Shown here one piece after another: positions 60,964 through 64,000 of a stretch of DNA of 64,000 nucleotides. The notes under the pieces were generated by a model, which was not told the origin of the DNA, made no database searches, and saw nothing but the letters and a program-made list of their open reading frames with translations. Position numbers and translations under genes: made by a program. The stretch is from Candidatus Dojkabacteria bacterium (GTDB lineage Bacteria; Patescibacteriota; Dojkabacteria; JAOAGR01): contig AP026679.1 of NCBI GenBank assembly GCA_025999155.1, positions 227,996 to 291,995 of the forward strand, in the 5' to 3' direction. Each line of letters begins with the position of its first letter. The stretch's first letter is position 1.

Positions 60964-61560
60964 CTAAAAATGGTATCGATTTTCAAAGCTTTGCATCAGT
61001 GTCAGAGGATCTGCATAATCAATATTTGCGCCAACAGGCAACCCAATAGCCACTCTTGTTAACTTAATATTAGTACTATATTGATGGATTTTTTCTTTGA
61101 TTATTAGAAAAGTAGTATCGGCTTCTAGACTAGCAGGAAGAGCAAATATCACTTCTCTCACATTATCTAATCTCATAATCAACTGACGAATACGAATTTT
61201 ATCCTCTGTCACATCATCCAGAGGTGAAATAACTCCACCAAGAACGTGATATAACCCGTCGAAAAAATTCGCACGCTCTATCGCTAACATATCAATAATA
61301 TTTTCAACCACGCATATCTTCGTCTTATCTCTATCACTAGAACTACAAATCTCACAAACTTCATTATCACTCAAAGCCCCGCAATATTTACAATACTGGA
61401 GATTATCTTTTGCACGAACCAAAGCAGATGCAAGTGCATACGGATTTGCATCTTGAGTGTCTACCAGATACAGAGCCAAACGTAAAGCGGATTTTTGCCC
61501 AATTCCGGGTAATTTCTCGATTTCGTTGACCAGGTTTTTGAAGTCTTTTGGTAATTTCAT
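60964..61560 (-). CDS. recR: recombination protein RecR
   Basis: HhH IEKLPGIGQKSALRLALYL, the C4 zinc finger CKYCGALSDNEVCEIC and a Toprim domain. Confidence 0.9.
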   Translation of the reverse strand: MKLPKDFKNLVNEIEKLPGIGQKSALRLALYLVDTQDANPYALASALVRAKDNLQYCKYCGALSDNEVCEICSSSDRDKTKICVVENIIDMLAIERANFFDGLYHVLGGVISPLDDVTEDKIRIRQLIMRLDNVREVIFALPASLEADTTFLIIKEKIHQYSTNIKLTRVAIGLPVGANIDYADPLTLMQSFENRYHF

Positions 61561-61688
61561 ATGAATAAAATCCTAGCATACATTAACAAAATTTAAATCT
61601 ACTTTTAAATCATGTGGTCCGATCACAGGTATTTAACATAAAGAATTAATACGTATGAGAAAATTTTGGGCGTATCAACCAGGACTGC

Positions 61689-61997
61689 TTACTTCAACAG
61701 ATCTTGCAACATGCCTAATGTCTGATCCTTATCCACAAACTTATATGCCTGTTTATCAAATTCTTTTCCAGCGTTATTGAACGCTTCCTTTATATGCTTC
61801 ACCAACTCCGCTTTGTCACCAATCAAAACATCATCAATTCTAATATCCACGACTTCCTTCAATCCATTGATCGTCACTTTCACAAGACCCTTTTTAGATT
61901 CACCAGAAACAAGGACCTCACGCATCTTTTTCTGTAGATTGTCCGCTTGCTTTTTGAGGTTCCAGAGATTTTGTCCGGCCTTTATTGGATTAATCAT
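61689..61997 (-). CDS. ybaB: nucleoid-associated protein YbaB/EbfC
   Basis: A ~100-aa helical protein, conserved directly downstream of dnaX. Confidence 0.85.
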   Translation of the reverse strand: MINPIKAGQNLWNLKKQADNLQKKMREVLVSGESKKGLVKVTINGLKEVVDIRIDDVLIGDKAELVKHIKEAFNNAGKEFDKQAYKFVDKDQTLGMLQDLLK

Positions 61998-62059
61998 AGC
62001 TTCTTATTATAAATTAAATCTATTAAAAATACATAGCACACAGATGTATTTCTAAATCG

Positions 62060-63664
62060 TCATCTGAGTTTAAAGATATTTGTAATTTCTGCATCAGACA
62101 AATCTTCAACTTTTCTCTGATTATCCGACATTGTTACATCAGTAGACGATGTCTCAGGTATTGACACAAGCTCCACCACCAAAGAGACATTATACCCTAC
62201 AATGGAAGAAAATTCATCCATGATATCTTTTATTTTTTGAGATCTTAAAAGATCCTGCTCGAATTTTTTTTCCACCTTTACAATTATTTGTGAGTCTTTA
62301 ATCTGAAAACCTCTACCGACTAACAACTTATACATGAAAGTATTTCTTGATTTTACAAAATTCAAGAAATCTTTTTCCGAAATAGGTGAGATTAATAAGT
62401 CTTTTCGTCTAGTCGGCGATTTAGTCTTTTTGTCTCGTTGCGATGTATTCTTTCTCTTGTTATGTAATATCACTACGGGATTTATATTGACAGCTTCTGC
62501 TTCCCTTTTCCGGATGGCATTATTTGGTGCAGTATTGGACTCCGCATCGCAAGCGTCCGTTGGATTCTGTATTGCACAGATCTGATTTTTACTGTTGTTC
62601 TTTATCTTATTTTGATCTATCAACTCAGCATCATCAATTTTATTTGCAATAAAATACATAATTTTCGCAGCATATAGAATTTTTTGATTGAGAATACCTT
62701 TTAACTCTTTTTCAAGACCACATAAGAAATCAAGGAGAGCCATTTTATAATTATCTACTGTATGGCTTTTTAAATCATTCACTATATCGTCATAAATCAT
62801 CTCACAAACCTGATAGTTGAAATTCACTATATTCCCTTCATCAATCTTAGTTTCTATAAAGATCTGTATCTCAGACAAAGCCCTAGTATACAATAAATCT
62901 TTAAATGCAATGACAATAGGAAACTGAGAAAAACCTAAAATCTGTGTAATATCTGCAAAACTTATTCTAGTCAAATGGGAGAATTGTAGCACGTTTTCTA
63001 GTATACTTTCTGTATCACGAAAACTCCCCTTCCCTAATTTCGCAATAAACCTCTTACCTTCTTCGTCAATTTCATAACCTTCATTTTCCAATATGAGGTC
63101 GATCTTGGAAATAATCTCTTCAATTGACGCAAACTTTAGCTCTAAAACCTGAGTTCGCGAGGTTATAGTAGAGGGCAACTTATGTATCTCTGTTGTACAA
63201 AAAATAAACACAACATGCTTCGGAGGTTCCTCTAATGTCTTCAATAGCGCATTAAAGGCCTCTTTTGTCATCATATGGACCTCGTCTATGATATACACTT
63301 TCTTTTTTCCGAGTGATGGTAGAAATTCTATTGACTCTTTCAACAGCCGAATCTCTTCTATCCCACGGTTAGATGCTGCGTCCATTTCAATAATATCAGG
63401 ATGACTGCCAGAGAGCGCAAGTAGACAGCTCTTACACTGATTACACGGTTCTCCATAGTGACGGATAAAATCATCATTTTCACAGTTTAGAGATCGGGCA
63501 AAAATTCGTGCGATAGAAGTTTTACCTGATCCCCTGGTCCCCACAAGAAGGTATGCATGTCCGTAAGATTGTTGTTTCAATGCATTTTGTAAGATCTGAG
63601 TTACATGTTTTTGAGTAAATACCTCATTGAAAGTTTTTGCACGGTATTTTTGATATAAAGACAT
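62060..63664 (-). CDS. dnaX: DNA polymerase III subunits gamma/tau
   Basis: Walker A GTRGSGKTS, the zinc module CENDDFIRHYGEPCNQCKSC and the SRC motif. Confidence 0.9.
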   Translation of the reverse strand: MSLYQKYRAKTFNEVFTQKHVTQILQNALKQQSYGHAYLLVGTRGSGKTSIARIFARSLNCENDDFIRHYGEPCNQCKSCLLALSGSHPDIIEMDAASNRGIEEIRLLKESIEFLPSLGKKKVYIIDEVHMMTKEAFNALLKTLEEPPKHVVFIFCTTEIHKLPSTITSRTQVLELKFASIEEIISKIDLILENEGYEIDEEGKRFIAKLGKGSFRDTESILENVLQFSHLTRISFADITQILGFSQFPIVIAFKDLLYTRALSEIQIFIETKIDEGNIVNFNYQVCEMIYDDIVNDLKSHTVDNYKMALLDFLCGLEKELKGILNQKILYAAKIMYFIANKIDDAELIDQNKIKNNSKNQICAIQNPTDACDAESNTAPNNAIRKREAEAVNINPVVILHNKRKNTSQRDKKTKSPTRRKDLLISPISEKDFLNFVKSRNTFMYKLLVGRGFQIKDSQIIVKVEKKFEQDLLRSQKIKDIMDEFSSIVGYNVSLVVELVSIPETSSTDVTMSDNQRKVEDLSDAEITNIFKLR

Positions 63665-63741
63665 GGGTCTTCCTAACTAGTATAAAAATAGAAATGTTAA
63701 TAAACAATAACTCATCTTAAAACCACTTTACAATAGAAATT

Positions 63742-63773
63742 AAAAAAGCCAGGCAAAAACACTAATGCCTGGC
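63742..63773 (-). terminator. rho-independent terminator downstream of rpsU (minus strand)
   Basis: GCCAGGC-(loop)-GCCTGGC followed by TTTTTT on the minus strand. Confidence 0.6.
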
Positions 63774-63797
63774 ATTCTACTATGAAAGTATAACTAT

Positions 63798-64000
63798 TTA
63801 AACCTGCTTGCCTCTTAATTTTCTACGTGCTCTAGCTCTTTTCCTTTTAGTCTTATATATTTTTCTTCTTTTTGCTCTTTCGATTTCTCCCTTACTTACA
63901 TAATATCGTGCTCGTTCTAACTCCCAAAATGTACCATGAGCCATCATATCCCGAATAAATCTTCTGTAAGCAGAATCAATTGAATCGCCTGGCGCTACAC
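63798..64000 (-). CDS. rpsU: 30S ribosomal protein S21, C-terminal part (gene runs off the window end)
   Basis: Minus-strand frame ...GDSIDSAYRRFIRDMMAHGTFWELERARYYVSKGEIERAKRRKIYKTKRKRARARRKLRGKQV* with stop at 63798. Confidence 0.7.
   Translation of the reverse strand, partial: VAPGDSIDSAYRRFIRDMMAHGTFWELERARYYVSKGEIERAKRRKIYKTKRKRARARRKLRGKQV

Noticed and set aside
1-64000. Alternative genetic code (UGA as Gly, as in Gracilibacteria or Absconditabacteria)
   Set aside because: Long essential genes (gyrA 879 aa, rel, dnaX, proS) are intact in the standard code with UGA as a stop. No systematic truncations were seen.
1-64000. CRISPR arrays, cas genes, toxin-antitoxin pairs, transposases
   Set aside because: No short interspaced direct repeats and no recognisable cas, IS or TA proteins were found by reading. 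The only recombinase is XerC/D-like.

Overview
The window is a low-GC (~32-35%) bacterial chromosome segment read in the standard genetic code; the long essential genes are intact, so a UGA-recoded lineage is unlikely. Gene content and compactness suggest a small-genome Patescibacteria/CPR organism, possibly Saccharibacteria-like, but this is inference. Most of the window is core machinery. Replication and repair genes are gyrA, dnaA, dnaB, dnaG, dnaX, a holB-like gene, ssb, recR, ybaB, ruvABC and dprA. A complete type IV pilus and natural-transformation set is present: pilB, pilT, pilC, a pilA candidate, an operon of three prepilin-like minor pilins plus a PilX-like protein and a CheY-like receiver, and comEA/comEC. 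Translation and RNA genes are proS, def, efp, rluD, rpsA, rpsF, rpsR, partial rpsU, two tandem tRNA-Pro, tRNA-His, tRNA-Leu, and an RNase P RNA that the ORF track mislabels as two small ORFs. Other calls are rel, htrA, ctpA, cyclophilin, korAB (2-oxoacid:ferredoxin oxidoreductase), murB and dcd. The most unusual region is 10.25-14.7 kb between def and the holB-like gene. It is a GC-enriched tandem array of three paralogous genes with disordered low-complexity N-termini and a shared PRC-barrel-like C-terminal domain. Each gene sits in a duplicated module that includes a ~235-nt non-coding element (two copies ~98% identical, a third degraded), a conserved GTGTATAAT-N8-ATG arrangement that looks leaderless, and a stray copy of the def 5' end. 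Other points worth a second look: a G9 tract inside the pilin gene and a G8 tract in the array; a (TACTTAG)4 microsatellite; a PilT with a ~300-aa Q/N-rich N-terminal extension; a XerC/D-like recombinase next to 1.35 kb of non-coding DNA, a GC-richer orphan gene and an orphan terminator; two adjacent 301-aa paralogs; and a YlbF/YmcA-like protein with a Cys-rich tail.
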